Made by a program: the position numbers and the translations under genes. Below the pieces are notes generated by a model. The model saw nothing but the letters and a program-made list of their open reading frames with translations, did not search any database and was not told where the DNA came from. A DNA stretch of 64,000 nucleotides, taken from NCBI GenBank assembly GCA_049997875.1, contig JBEKRC010000005.1, positions 1,679 to 65,678 on the forward strand, read 5' to 3'. Shown here piece by piece: positions 52,065 through 61,936 of this stretch. This stretch comes from Minisyncoccia bacterium. GTDB lineage: Bacteria; Patescibacteriota; Minisyncoccia; UBA6257; 2-01-FULL-56-20. Every line of letters starts with the position of its first letter. The first letter of the stretch is position 1.

Positions 52065-53537
52065 ATGATGCAAAGACCTTTGCGGCCAAGAGTTTTAGGT
52101 GACGTTACGCCGCGGCAGGGAACGCGCGGAGGGCGATGGAACGCATTCGCCGGGGTGCCCGCGCGGATCAATTTGTCTTACAAAAAGACGCTGCAGCTTC
52201 CCGTCGTGAAACTGTTCAAAACGGCGGTCATTTTCTGCGGGGCGATTTTTCTGGTCGTGGGATCGGTCGTGGCGCCCGCTATTTTCACCCGTGCCTCGGG
52301 CGACGCGGCGACAACGACTGACACAACGGCGGAGCGCGCCCAGCTGCAGGACCAGCTTCAGCAGCTTGAGTCGCAGATCAACCAATATGAGGGACAGATT
52401 CAGAGTTACGAGAAGCAGGGGAATACGCTGAACGGCGAGATCGCCACATTGAACGCCAAAATCGCGAAATTAAATTTACAAATCCAGGCGACCAACCTGA
52501 CCATCTCCCAATTGAACGGTCAGATCGCGAACACCCAAACGCAGATTGCGACTACGCAGGCGGACATCGTGGGCAAGAAAACGGCGATCGGAGGGCTCAT
52601 GCAAGGTTTGTACGAGAACGACCAGGTGAACCTGCTCCAAATGTTTTTAAAGAACCCGCACCTTTCGGATTTTTGGAACGACACCGAGAATATCACGCTT
52701 GCGCAGGATAGTCTGCGCGTGACCGTGCAGCAGATTACGGATCTTCAAAGCCAACTGCAAGACCAAGAGCAGCAATTCCAAGCGTCCAAGGCGGACGCGG
52801 CGAGCGCGGCGGCGTACCAGCAGGCGCAGGCGAGCGAAGTGGCGGGTACGAAGAGTGAGAAGTCGGAGCTTCTCGCGGAAACCAAAGGACAGGAATCAAA
52901 ATATCAGACGCTCCTCGCGCAAACGAAGGCCACGGCGGCGGATATCAGGAACCGGATCTTCCAATTGCTGGGCGGGGGACAGCTTACCTTTGAGCAGGCG
53001 TATCAGTACGCCAAGCTTGCCTCAAGCGCGACGGGGATAGATCCCGCTTTTATCCTTGCGATTTTGGACCGCGAGTCGGCGTTGGGCGAGAACGTGGGGA
53101 AATGCAGTTACCAGACGGCGATGCGGCCCTCGGACATTCCCATTTTTCTTCAAATTACCCAGTCGCTCAATCTTGACCCGAATACAATGACGGTATCCTG
53201 CCCGAACGCGGATGGTGCGTACGGCGGCGCCATGGGACCGGCGCAATTCGTCCCTTCCACGTGGATGTTGTATACGAACGAGGTGCAGAGTATCACGAAC
53301 GACAATCCTCCGTCGCCGTGGAACAATGCGGATGCGTTCGCGGCGACCGCGCTCTACTTGCAGGATGCGATGACCGGCTGCAAATCGGTCTACAGTTCCG
53401 CCGTGAGCCAGGAGCGGTGCACGGCGGCGAAGTATTACGCGGGGAGCCGCTGGAAGAACTATTTATGGACTTATGGTGAGGCCGTCGTGGAGCGCGCGCA
53501 GAGCTTCGCGGGCGACATTCAGACGATCACGTCATGA
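52065..53537 (+). CDS. membrane-anchored coiled-coil protein with C-terminal lytic-transglycosylase (SLT)-like domain
   Basis: N-terminal TM helix, a Q/L-rich coiled coil, then ILAILDRESALGE...GAMGPAQFVPSTW, an SLT-like E-S...GAxGxxQFxPST pattern. Confidence 0.5.
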   Translation: MMQRPLRPRVLGDVTPRQGTRGGRWNAFAGVPARINLSYKKTLQLPVVKLFKTAVIFCGAIFLVVGSVVAPAIFTRASGDAATTTDTTAERAQLQDQLQQLESQINQYEGQIQSYEKQGNTLNGEIATLNAKIAKLNLQIQATNLTISQLNGQIANTQTQIATTQADIVGKKTAIGGLMQGLYENDQVNLLQMFLKNPHLSDFWNDTENITLAQDSLRVTVQQITDLQSQLQDQEQQFQASKADAASAAAYQQAQASEVAGTKSEKSELLAETKGQESKYQTLLAQTKATAADIRNRIFQLLGGGQLTFEQAYQYAKLASSATGIDPAFILAILDRESALGENVGKCSYQTAMRPSDIPIFLQITQSLNLDPNTMTVSCPNADGAYGGAMGPAQFVPSTWMLYTNEVQSITNDNPPSPWNNADAFAATALYLQDAMTGCKSVYSSAVSQERCTAAKYYAGSRWKNYLWTYGEAVVERAQSFAGDIQTITS

Positions 53538-54811
53538 GGCCCGCGAAAAAGATCGTTCTTAAAAACGGTTTGCGCCTGATCCTTGTGCCGCAGCCCTCGG
53601 GGCTCGCGGCAAGCGTTTTGATACTGGTCACCGCCGGGTCGGAATACGAGACGAAAGACAAGAACGGCATCTCGCATTTTTTGGAGCATATGACCTTTAA
53701 GGGTACGGCTCGCCGGCCGCAGCCCGGGATGATCGCCGAGGAAATTGCGGCCTTGGGCGCCCAGGCCAATGCGTTTACGACACAGGAGTTCACGGGCTAT
53801 TGGGCAAAAGCGGAAGCGCGGAAGCTCCCCCAAATTTTTGACATCGTGACCGATCTCTATTTGCATCCGCTTTTTTCGCCTCCGGAGATAGAGAAAGAAC
53901 GGGGAGTGATCATTGAGGAAATGAACATGTATGAGGATATACCCATGCGGAGGGTAGAGGATGTGCTGCGCTCCCTCCTCTATGGCGACCAGCCGGCCGG
54001 ATGGAAGGTGGATGGCGAGAAGGAAATTGTGAAAAAGCTTTCGCGGGAAGATTTTGTCGCGTACCGCAACGAACGATACGTAATGCCGGGAACGGTGGTG
54101 GTCGTTGCCGGAAAGTTCAACGAGAAGAAGGTGGTGGGCGATGTGCGCCGCGCGTTCGGCGGGACTCCGCGGCACCACGTTCGGAGGAAAACGGAGACCC
54201 GCGAGCGCCAATCGGGGCCGCGGCTTGCGGTGAAGTTCAAAAAATCCGACCAGGGGCACCTTGCGTTCGGGTTCCGGGCGTTCAATATCTACGACCCACG
54301 GCGCTACGCGCTCCAGGTGCTCGCGGACGTTCTTGGAGGGGGTACGAGCTCGCGGCTTTGGAAGCGCGTGCGCGAGGAGCTTGGCGCGGCGTATTACGTG
54401 CAGGCAGAGGCCGATCTTTCCCTTGACCACGGCATGCTCGGAATATCCGCCGGCGCGGATCGCACGAGAATCGGGGCCGTCGTAGAAGCCATTCTTGCGG
54501 AATGCCGGAAACTCGCCAGGGAATCGATTCCCAAAAAAGAACTTCAGAAATCAAAAGACCATCTTATAGGGAGCCTTATCCTTGGCCTTGAGACCTCGGA
54601 TGAGCTCGGCAGCTTTTACGGGGGGCAGGAGATCCTCACGAAGGCCCTTTTGCCGCCGGAGCGGATTATAGATAGAATAAAGGCGACGACGGCGGAGGAA
54701 GTGCGGGCGGTCGCCCGGACCATCTTCAAAAATCAAGGGCTCAATCTTGCCGTCATCGGTCCCTACCGCAACCGGGCCATGTTCAAAAAAATTCTCACGT
54801 TACCACGATGA
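53534..54811 (+). CDS. M16-family zinc peptidase (insulinase-like)
   Basis: Inverted zinc motif GISHFLEHMTFKGT. Confidence 0.8.
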   Translation: MRPAKKIVLKNGLRLILVPQPSGLAASVLILVTAGSEYETKDKNGISHFLEHMTFKGTARRPQPGMIAEEIAALGAQANAFTTQEFTGYWAKAEARKLPQIFDIVTDLYLHPLFSPPEIEKERGVIIEEMNMYEDIPMRRVEDVLRSLLYGDQPAGWKVDGEKEIVKKLSREDFVAYRNERYVMPGTVVVVAGKFNEKKVVGDVRRAFGGTPRHHVRRKTETRERQSGPRLAVKFKKSDQGHLAFGFRAFNIYDPRRYALQVLADVLGGGTSSRLWKRVREELGAAYYVQAEADLSLDHGMLGISAGADRTRIGAVVEAILAECRKLARESIPKKELQKSKDHLIGSLILGLETSDELGSFYGGQEILTKALLPPERIIDRIKATTAEEVRAVARTIFKNQGLNLAVIGPYRNRAMFKKILTLPR

Positions 54812-55821
54812 TGGAAAACCGCCTCTCTGAAATTTCCTGGGCAAGCTTGTGGCGGATACTTCTCTTCGTCGTTTTAATCGCGATTTTGTACGAGGGAAGG
54901 CAGATCGTCCTCGGGCTTTTCCTTGCCATCATCATTTCATCCGGCCTTGAGTGGTTCGTGGACCTCTTAGAGCGAGTAGGGCTCCCGCGCAGCGTGGGGG
55001 TAATCCTCATATTTCTCGCTGCGGTATTTCTGCTTGTCTTTATCATTTATTCCCTTGCGCCCGTCATCATCGTGGAATTGAACACGATTTTCTCCGGCAG
55101 CGGGCAGGGGGCGGCTGGCAGCTGGGGGACGCTCATAAGTTTAAAGGCATCGCAGTCCGTGAGCGGATTTGTGAGCAAGTTTTCCTCATCGCTCTTTTCG
55201 GGCAGTGCCTCGCCCTTGGATCTCTTTTCCAATGCCGTAGGGAGCGTAGGGCTCGTCGTGGCCGTCATTCTCTGCTCGTTTTATCTGAGTTTGAGCAAAG
55301 ACGGGGTGGAGCGTTTCCTCCGGGTGGTCGTTCCGCCGACGTATGAGGCAACGGCCCTCACCATCTACGAACGCTCGCGAAAGCTCATCAGTAACTGGTT
55401 CCGCATGCAGATCCTTTTGAGCTTCATCTTCGGATTTACGGTATGGGCCGGCCTCGCCCTCCTCGGCGTGAAGTATAGTTTCCTTATCGCATTCCTCGCG
55501 GGCATTTTTGAGCTCGTGCCGTTCGTGGGGCCGTTTCTTTCCGGCGCGCTTGCCGTGATCTCGGCGCTCTCCACGTCTACGACGCTCGCGATCTACACGC
55601 TGATATTCTTCGTCATTGCCGAACAGTTTGAGGCAAACGTTCTTGTGCCGCTCCTGAACCAGCAGATCGTGGGCATCCATCCGGTCATCGTGATCGTCGC
55701 GTTGCTCATCGGCGCCGAGGTGGGCGGCATTTTGGGCATCATCATTTCGGTTCCTGCCGCAGGCATCTTCCAAGAGGTCATTCGGGAGTGGTCAACCAAG
55801 CGGCGCAGCGTGGCGACATAG
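54808..55821 (+). CDS. AI-2E family transporter (PerM/UPF0118)
   Basis: Multi-TM protein with ...FELVPFVGPFLSGALAVISAL.... Confidence 0.75.
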   Translation: MMENRLSEISWASLWRILLFVVLIAILYEGRQIVLGLFLAIIISSGLEWFVDLLERVGLPRSVGVILIFLAAVFLLVFIIYSLAPVIIVELNTIFSGSGQGAAGSWGTLISLKASQSVSGFVSKFSSSLFSGSASPLDLFSNAVGSVGLVVAVILCSFYLSLSKDGVERFLRVVVPPTYEATALTIYERSRKLISNWFRMQILLSFIFGFTVWAGLALLGVKYSFLIAFLAGIFELVPFVGPFLSGALAVISALSTSTTLAIYTLIFFVIAEQFEANVLVPLLNQQIVGIHPVIVIVALLIGAEVGGILGIIISVPAAGIFQEVIREWSTKRRSVAT

Positions 55822-55822
55822 C

Positions 55823-57271
55823 ATGGACCGATTTTACGTTACGACCCCAATTTACTATGTGAACGACAAACCGCATATTGGCACTGCGTATACGACGATC
55901 GTCGCGGACATGCTTGCGCGATGGCGGCGTACGTACGACGAGGATGTGCGCTTCCTTACCGGCACCGACGAGTTCGCGCAGAAGACCGTAGATGCGGCGA
56001 AGAAGGCAGGAGAAGAAACGCAGGCGTACGCCGACCGGATGGCCGCAGTATGGCGCTCCACGTGGAAAAAACTCGGCATCTCCAATACGGATTTCATCCG
56101 CACGACCGAGCCGAGGCACATTGAGGTCGTGCAAGAGATTTGGAGGCGCGTGCAGGCGGCCGGGGATATCTACAAAGGGCAATACCAAGGGCTCTATTGC
56201 GAAGGCTGCGAGGCTTTCAAGAACGAGGACGAATTGGTGAATGGCCTCTGTCCGGATCACAAAACAAAACCGGAATTCGTATCCGAAGAGAATTATTTTT
56301 TCAGACTTTCCAATTATCAAAAGAGACTTTTGGATTTCTACGATACGCAGAGCGATTTCGTGGTTCCCTCATATCGCTTGAATGAGGTGAAGAGTTTCGT
56401 TGCGGCGGGCCTTGAGGATATCAGTATTTCCCGCGCGAAACGCTCGTGGGGGATCCCGGTGCCGGACGATCCGGGACAAGTGATCTACGTTTGGTTTGAC
56501 GCACTCGTCAATTACATTTCGGCGGTCGGCATTGAGGGATGGGAAGCGCATCCGGCTGACGTCCACGTGATGGCAAAAGATATCATCCGATTCCACGCAG
56601 TCATATGGCCCGCGATGCTCATGTCTGCAGGGCTGCCGCTTCCGGGACAAATCGTCGCGCACGGGTTCCTTACCATGAATGGCGTGAAGATTTCCAAATC
56701 GCTGGGCAACGTGATCAATCCTTTGGACATCACGGAAAAATATGGCGTGGACGCCCTCCGCTATTTCCTGCTCCGTGAGATACCGTTCGGAGAGGACGGT
56801 GATTTTTCGGAAGCGAAGGCGGGGGAGCGATATCGAAGCGACCTTGCGAACGGGCTGGGCAATTTTGCCGCGCGCGTGCTCACGCTCGCGGAAAAGGAGA
56901 AGGAACTCGCCTGCGCGTTGCCGAGCCACGAATTTGAGCAGCGGATCGCGGAGATGAAGCGCCTCGTGCACGAAAAGATGGGCGAGTACAAGTTTTCGGA
57001 GGCGCTTGCGGCCGTTTGGGCGGCGGTCGCGTTCGGCGACCGCTACATGGAAGAAAAGAAGGCCTGGGGGATAAAGGACGAGGCGAAGCGGAGGCTGGTG
57101 CTCTGCAATCTCACGCTCCTCCTGGAGGGCGTTGCCGAGGCGCTCGTGCCGTTCCTGCCGGACGCGGCCGCAAAGATACGCCAGGCGATCGTGCGGGAGG
57201 GGGAGGTTCTCAACGTGAAGAAGACGGAGATCCTTTTTCCGCGGCTCAAAATCCCGCAGCTCAAAAAATAG
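55823..57271 (+). CDS. metG: methionyl-tRNA synthetase, minimal form without C-terminal tRNA-binding domain
   Basis: PIYYVNDKPHIGTAYTTIVADMLAR is the HIGH region. KISKS. Zn knuckle CEGCEAF...CPDH. Confidence 0.9.
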   Translation: MDRFYVTTPIYYVNDKPHIGTAYTTIVADMLARWRRTYDEDVRFLTGTDEFAQKTVDAAKKAGEETQAYADRMAAVWRSTWKKLGISNTDFIRTTEPRHIEVVQEIWRRVQAAGDIYKGQYQGLYCEGCEAFKNEDELVNGLCPDHKTKPEFVSEENYFFRLSNYQKRLLDFYDTQSDFVVPSYRLNEVKSFVAAGLEDISISRAKRSWGIPVPDDPGQVIYVWFDALVNYISAVGIEGWEAHPADVHVMAKDIIRFHAVIWPAMLMSAGLPLPGQIVAHGFLTMNGVKISKSLGNVINPLDITEKYGVDALRYFLLREIPFGEDGDFSEAKAGERYRSDLANGLGNFAARVLTLAEKEKELACALPSHEFEQRIAEMKRLVHEKMGEYKFSEALAAVWAAVAFGDRYMEEKKAWGIKDEAKRRLVLCNLTLLLEGVAEALVPFLPDAAAKIRQAIVREGEVLNVKKTEILFPRLKIPQLKK

Positions 57272-57272
57272 C

Positions 57273-58148
57273 ATGGAGTTCTTTGACGCGCATGCGCATA
57301 CGCAGTTTTCCGCTTACGACGCCGACCGCGAGGCGGTGATCCGTCGCGCGGAGGATGCCAGTGTTCGCGTGGTAAACGTGGGCACCCAGCGCGACACCTC
57401 CGCGCGCGCCGTCGCACTTGCGGAACAGCACGCCGGTTTCTATGCCGCCGTAGGACTTCATCCTATTCATACGAGCAGGTCCTATCATGATACGGACGAG
57501 CTTGGCGGAGGAGAAACGGCGAAGGGCTTCGTTTCTCGCGACGAGGTGTTTGATCCCGACCGTTACAAAGCGCTCGCCCTCCATCCAAAGACCGTTGCGA
57601 TCGGGGAATGCGGACTGGATTACTTCCGCTTCAACAAGGACGAGAGCCGCGAGGAGCAAATAGAAAGGCAGAAAGCGGCGTTCCTCGCGCAGATAGCATT
57701 CGCGCGCGAAGTGAAAAAACCGCTCATGATCCACTGCCGCGACGCCTTCGCGGACCTCATTCAATTATTGAAAGAGAATACATTTGGATTTCCCGCCGGC
57801 GGCCCCGGCGTCATCCACTTTTTTACCGGTACCGCCGTGGACGCAAAACAACTGCTTGACCTCGGATTTTATTTCACATTCGGCGGCGCGGTCACATTTC
57901 CGCCGCGGAAAGGAAAAACCGAAGGCGACTACGATGCGATCGTAAAAATGATTCCGGCGGACCGCTTGCTTTCTGAGACCGACGCGCCCTATGTCGCGCC
58001 CGCGCCCTATCGCGGCAAGCGCAACGAGCCCGCGTACGTCGTGGAAGTGGTGAAAAAACTCGCCGAGCTGAAAAATGTTTCGCCCGATGCGATGAAAGAA
58101 CGTATTTATCAAAACGCAGTGAAAGTGTTCAATCTATTGCAAAATTAG
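57273..58148 (+). CDS. tatD: TatD-family metal-dependent hydrolase
   Basis: FDAHAHTQF...IGECGLDY.... Confidence 0.85.
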   Translation: MEFFDAHAHTQFSAYDADREAVIRRAEDASVRVVNVGTQRDTSARAVALAEQHAGFYAAVGLHPIHTSRSYHDTDELGGGETAKGFVSRDEVFDPDRYKALALHPKTVAIGECGLDYFRFNKDESREEQIERQKAAFLAQIAFAREVKKPLMIHCRDAFADLIQLLKENTFGFPAGGPGVIHFFTGTAVDAKQLLDLGFYFTFGGAVTFPPRKGKTEGDYDAIVKMIPADRLLSETDAPYVAPAPYRGKRNEPAYVVEVVKKLAELKNVSPDAMKERIYQNAVKVFNLLQN

Positions 58149-58173
58149 AGCTGATCCAGTAGGCTATCCTTGG

Positions 58174-58908
58174 TTGTTAATCCGTCGCGAAGGGGTTACG
58201 ATGAGACCACTATTAGTAGGGCTTGAAAGGATAGCGGAGAAGGAACTTGTAGCAAAGGCGCAGCAGGGCGATGAACGAGCATTCGAAGAACTGCACGCCC
58301 TGTATGGTGCGCGTATCTATTGTCTCTGCTACAGGATGGTGAAGAACCGTCATGATGCAGAAGACCTTACTCAAGAAGTCTTTCTGCTACTTCACAGAAG
58401 GGTCAAAACCTTTCGTGGCAAGTCGGCTTTCGGGACGTGGTTCTACCGGCTCGCGGCGAATGTGGCACTGATGTGCCTTCGCGAAAAGCGTAGGCGGGAG
58501 AGAATATTGCCCACGTCGTCGCTGGACGAATTCATGGCCGGGGATGACGGCGACGAATTTTCGCACAAGATCGGAGCACCTGACCCTCGGCTGAAGTTTG
58601 TTGGAGAGCGCCTCGACCTTCGGGAGGCGGTTGCGCAACTCCCGCCTGGATATCGTGCCGCTTTTTACTTGCGGTACGTAGAAGGGTACAAATACAGAGA
58701 GGTCGCCAAGATTCTCGGCGTCACCGTGGGCACTGTCAAATCCCAATCGCACAGGGCGAGACTGAGACTCCGTGAAAAACTCTCGCAATCAAAAAAACGG
58801 AGGGAACAGAAAGGGGAACGGTTCGTGATGGGGCGTGCAGGTCAACGCTACGTTGATCACCTGTACGCCCCATTTGTCTTTTGGGAAATATGTCATTCAT
58901 CAGGTTGA
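58174..58908 (+). CDS. ECF-type sigma-70 family sigma factor with C-terminal extension; possible start at Met10 (58201)
   Basis: Region 2 EELHALYGARIYCLCYRMVKNRHDAEDLTQEVFLLLHRRVKTF and region 4 YREVAKILGVTVGTVKSQSHRARLRLRE. Confidence 0.7.
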   Translation: MLIRREGVTMRPLLVGLERIAEKELVAKAQQGDERAFEELHALYGARIYCLCYRMVKNRHDAEDLTQEVFLLLHRRVKTFRGKSAFGTWFYRLAANVALMCLREKRRRERILPTSSLDEFMAGDDGDEFSHKIGAPDPRLKFVGERLDLREAVAQLPPGYRAAFYLRYVEGYKYREVAKILGVTVGTVKSQSHRARLRLREKLSQSKKRREQKGERFVMGRAGQRYVDHLYAPFVFWEICHSSG

Positions 58909-58948
58909 GAAAACGCGGAAATCGCCTTAGAATGGGAATATCTATACT

Positions 58949-61936
58949 ATGCCTGCATATGACCATAATGAGGTTGAGGCGAAGTGGCAGAAGAAATGGC
59001 GTGAAGAGGGAATTTACGAACCAGATTTAGACAGGGCGAAAAAACCGTTCTACAACTTGATGATGTTCCCGTACCCCTCGGCGGAGGGGTTGCACGTGGG
59101 GAACATGTACGCGTTCACGGGTGCGGACATCTACGGGCGGATGAAGCGCATGCAGGGCAACGACGTGTTTGAGCCGATCGGCCTGGACGGCTTCGGCATC
59201 CACTCGGAAAATTATGCGTTGAAGATCGGCGCGCATCCGATGGACCGGGCAAAGGTTTCGGAGGAGCGTTTTTACAAGCAGCTCGCCGCCATCGGCAACG
59301 GGTTCGCGTGGAACGAGCGATTGGAGACCTATGACCCCGAATACTACCGCTGGACGCAGTGGATTTTCGTCCAAATGTGGAAACACGGCCTTGCGTACCG
59401 AAAGAAACAGTCAGTCAATTGGTGTCCGAAAGATCAAACCGTGCTTGCTGATGAGCAAGTGGTCGCGGGCGCGTGCGAGCGTTGCGGGACGCAGGTTATT
59501 CAAAAGGACCTTGAGCAGTGGTTTTTCAAAATTACCGAGTATGCCGACCATCTGCTCAAGAATCTGGAAACGTTGGATTGGTCGGAAAAGGTGAAGATCG
59601 CGCAGAAGAATTGGATTGGAAAATCGGAGGGGGCACTCCTCAAATTCCCGATTTCTCATGAAAGAATTTCTAATGACAAGTTGTCCATCGAGGTGTTTAC
59701 AACGCGGCCGGATACGCTCTTCGGCGCGACCTACATGGTGCTCGCGCCCGAGCATCCGCTTGTGAAAGAACTCGAACCGCGCATTACAAATTTCACGGAA
59801 GTAAAAAAGTATCAAAAAAGCGCGAAGGATAAAACCGACGCCGAGCGCATCGCGGAAGGAAAGGAGAAAACTGGCGTTGAGTTGAAAGGCATCAAGGCCA
59901 TCAATCCTGCCACTAAAGAAGAAATACCGATTTGGGTCGCCGATTACGTTTTGGCGAGCTACGGCACCGGCGCCATCATGGCCGTCCCGGCGCACGACGA
60001 GCGCGACTTTGAGTTCGCAAAGAAATTCAAGCTGCCCATGAGGGAGGTGGTGGCGCAGGAAACCGGAGTTGCGCATCCCGGCGAAGAGCGCCGCGACGGC
60101 GGATGCGGCGTGATATTTGATCCGGAAGCCCAGCGCTATGCAGTCGCGCTTCATACCGACGATATTGTGCGCCTGTTTGCCGGAGGCGTGGAGGACGGCG
60201 AGGATCAGGAACAAGGCGTGCTCCGCGAGATCACGGAAGAAAGCGGTCTCTATGATTTCGGCCACACAGAAAAGGTGAAAACATGTTCCGCGCATTATTA
60301 CAACCGAAGAAAGAAAATATACCGGTCGGCGCTCGCGAGCTGCTTCCTTGTGGTGCTCAAAAGCAGGAAAGAGAAAGAAAGAAAATTGGAACCGCACGAG
60401 GCAAACCTGCGTCTCGCGTGGATGACGCCGAAGGAGATCATTGGGAATTGGGAGGCGCAGAACAAGGATGGGGGATTGAGCCATTGGCTTATCTTCCTGC
60501 GAGAGGCCGTTGCGCGGGCGATTGAACTTGGTCACGACACGACGAACGATCGCGGTCAGTTCCTCTCGTCAGCATACAGCGGCGAAGGGATTTTGATTGA
60601 TTCGGCTAGGTTCAGCGGCACGGACTCCGAGAAGGCGAAATGGGAAATCACGAAATTCGTGGGCGGCGAGCGGGTGACAAAGTTCCGATTACGCGACTGG
60701 CTCATCTCGCGCCAGCGCTATTGGGGGCCGCCGATCCCGATGGTGCACTGCGAAGTGTGCGCGCGTGCGAAAAAAGGCGAGCATGCGGATATGCCCGGCT
60801 GGTATGCCGTGCCGGAGGAAGAATTGCCTGTGAAACTTCCCTATGTGAAAGATTTCCGCCCAACGGGGACCGGCGTTTCGCCTCTCGCCGCGGTAAAGGA
60901 ATTTTATGAAACCAAGTGTCCGGCGTGCGGCGGCACGGCACGTCGGGAGACGGATGTCTCGGATACATTTCTGGATTCGGCGTGGTACTATCTCCGCTAT
61001 CTTGATCCGCAGAATACAAAAGGGGCGTTCAATCACAAACGATTGGAGAAATGGTTGCCCGTAGAAAAAGAAACTACCACGCGGCTCTACACGGGCGGCG
61101 CGGAGCACTCGGTCCTTCACTTGCTCTATGTCCGGTTCGTGGCAATGGCGCTCTCGGAATGGGGATTCGTCGTCTCGCCGGAACCGTTCAAAAAATTCCG
61201 CGCGCACGGGTTGCTCATTAAAGAAGGCGCCAAAATGTCCAAATCCAAGGGCAACGTCATCAATCCTGACGAATATATCCAGAAGTTCGGCGCGGACACG
61301 CTACGGATGTATCTCATGTTCCTTGCGCCGTTTGAGGACGGCGGCGATTTCCGGGACCAGGCGATCCCCGGCATCCTCCGCTTTTTGGAACGCGTTTGGA
61401 AACTGGGCGAGGTGGTCTCCTCCGGGAAACGGACAGAAGGCATCCCCGCGAACGCAAAAAGAAAAGGAAGCAGGGCGGTCGCCATTGCAGTGAAAAAAGT
61501 GTCCGAGGACATTGAGCGGCTGCACTATAATACCGCCGTGAGCGCGCTCATGGTGTGCCTGCGCGCGCTTGAGGAGGAACGCGAGGAGGGACGTGTCGCC
61601 CGCGGGGATTTCGCAACATTCCTGAAACTGATCGCGCCGTTCGCGCCGTACATCACGGAGGAACTTTGGCGCAGCGCCTTCGGCGAGGTTGCCTCAATCC
61701 ATCGCGCCGCATGGCCCACATACGATCCGGCGCTCATTGCCGAGGAAACGATCACGCTCGTGATCCAAGTGAACGGCAAGGTGCGCGACGTGATTGCGAC
61801 GGACGCGTCCCTCACCGAGGCAGTCGCGAAGGAACTCGCGCTCCGGAGCAAAAAGGTGCAAAATGTTCTGGGGGGCCGGACGCCCGCAAAGGTCATCTAT
61901 GTAGATAAAAAACTGGTGAATATCGTACTTCCATAA
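58949..61936 (+). CDS. leuS: leucyl-tRNA synthetase carrying an internal Nudix-hydrolase-like insertion
   Basis: HIGH-region PYPSAEGLHVGNMYAF. CP1 TTRPDTLFGATYMVLAPEHP...GTGAIMAVPAHDERDFEFA. KMSKS. The roughly 160-aa insertion at nt 60055-60560 contains a perfect Nudix box GGVEDGEDQEQGVLREITEESGL. Confidence 0.9.
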   Translation: MPAYDHNEVEAKWQKKWREEGIYEPDLDRAKKPFYNLMMFPYPSAEGLHVGNMYAFTGADIYGRMKRMQGNDVFEPIGLDGFGIHSENYALKIGAHPMDRAKVSEERFYKQLAAIGNGFAWNERLETYDPEYYRWTQWIFVQMWKHGLAYRKKQSVNWCPKDQTVLADEQVVAGACERCGTQVIQKDLEQWFFKITEYADHLLKNLETLDWSEKVKIAQKNWIGKSEGALLKFPISHERISNDKLSIEVFTTRPDTLFGATYMVLAPEHPLVKELEPRITNFTEVKKYQKSAKDKTDAERIAEGKEKTGVELKGIKAINPATKEEIPIWVADYVLASYGTGAIMAVPAHDERDFEFAKKFKLPMREVVAQETGVAHPGEERRDGGCGVIFDPEAQRYAVALHTDDIVRLFAGGVEDGEDQEQGVLREITEESGLYDFGHTEKVKTCSAHYYNRRKKIYRSALASCFLVVLKSRKEKERKLEPHEANLRLAWMTPKEIIGNWEAQNKDGGLSHWLIFLREAVARAIELGHDTTNDRGQFLSSAYSGEGILIDSARFSGTDSEKAKWEITKFVGGERVTKFRLRDWLISRQRYWGPPIPMVHCEVCARAKKGEHADMPGWYAVPEEELPVKLPYVKDFRPTGTGVSPLAAVKEFYETKCPACGGTARRETDVSDTFLDSAWYYLRYLDPQNTKGAFNHKRLEKWLPVEKETTTRLYTGGAEHSVLHLLYVRFVAMALSEWGFVVSPEPFKKFRAHGLLIKEGAKMSKSKGNVINPDEYIQKFGADTLRMYLMFLAPFEDGGDFRDQAIPGILRFLERVWKLGEVVSSGKRTEGIPANAKRKGSRAVAIAVKKVSEDIERLHYNTAVSALMVCLRALEEEREEGRVARGDFATFLKLIAPFAPYITEELWRSAFGEVASIHRAAWPTYDPALIAEETITLVIQVNGKVRDVIATDASLTEAVAKELALRSKKVQNVLGGRTPAKVIYVDKKLVNIVLP

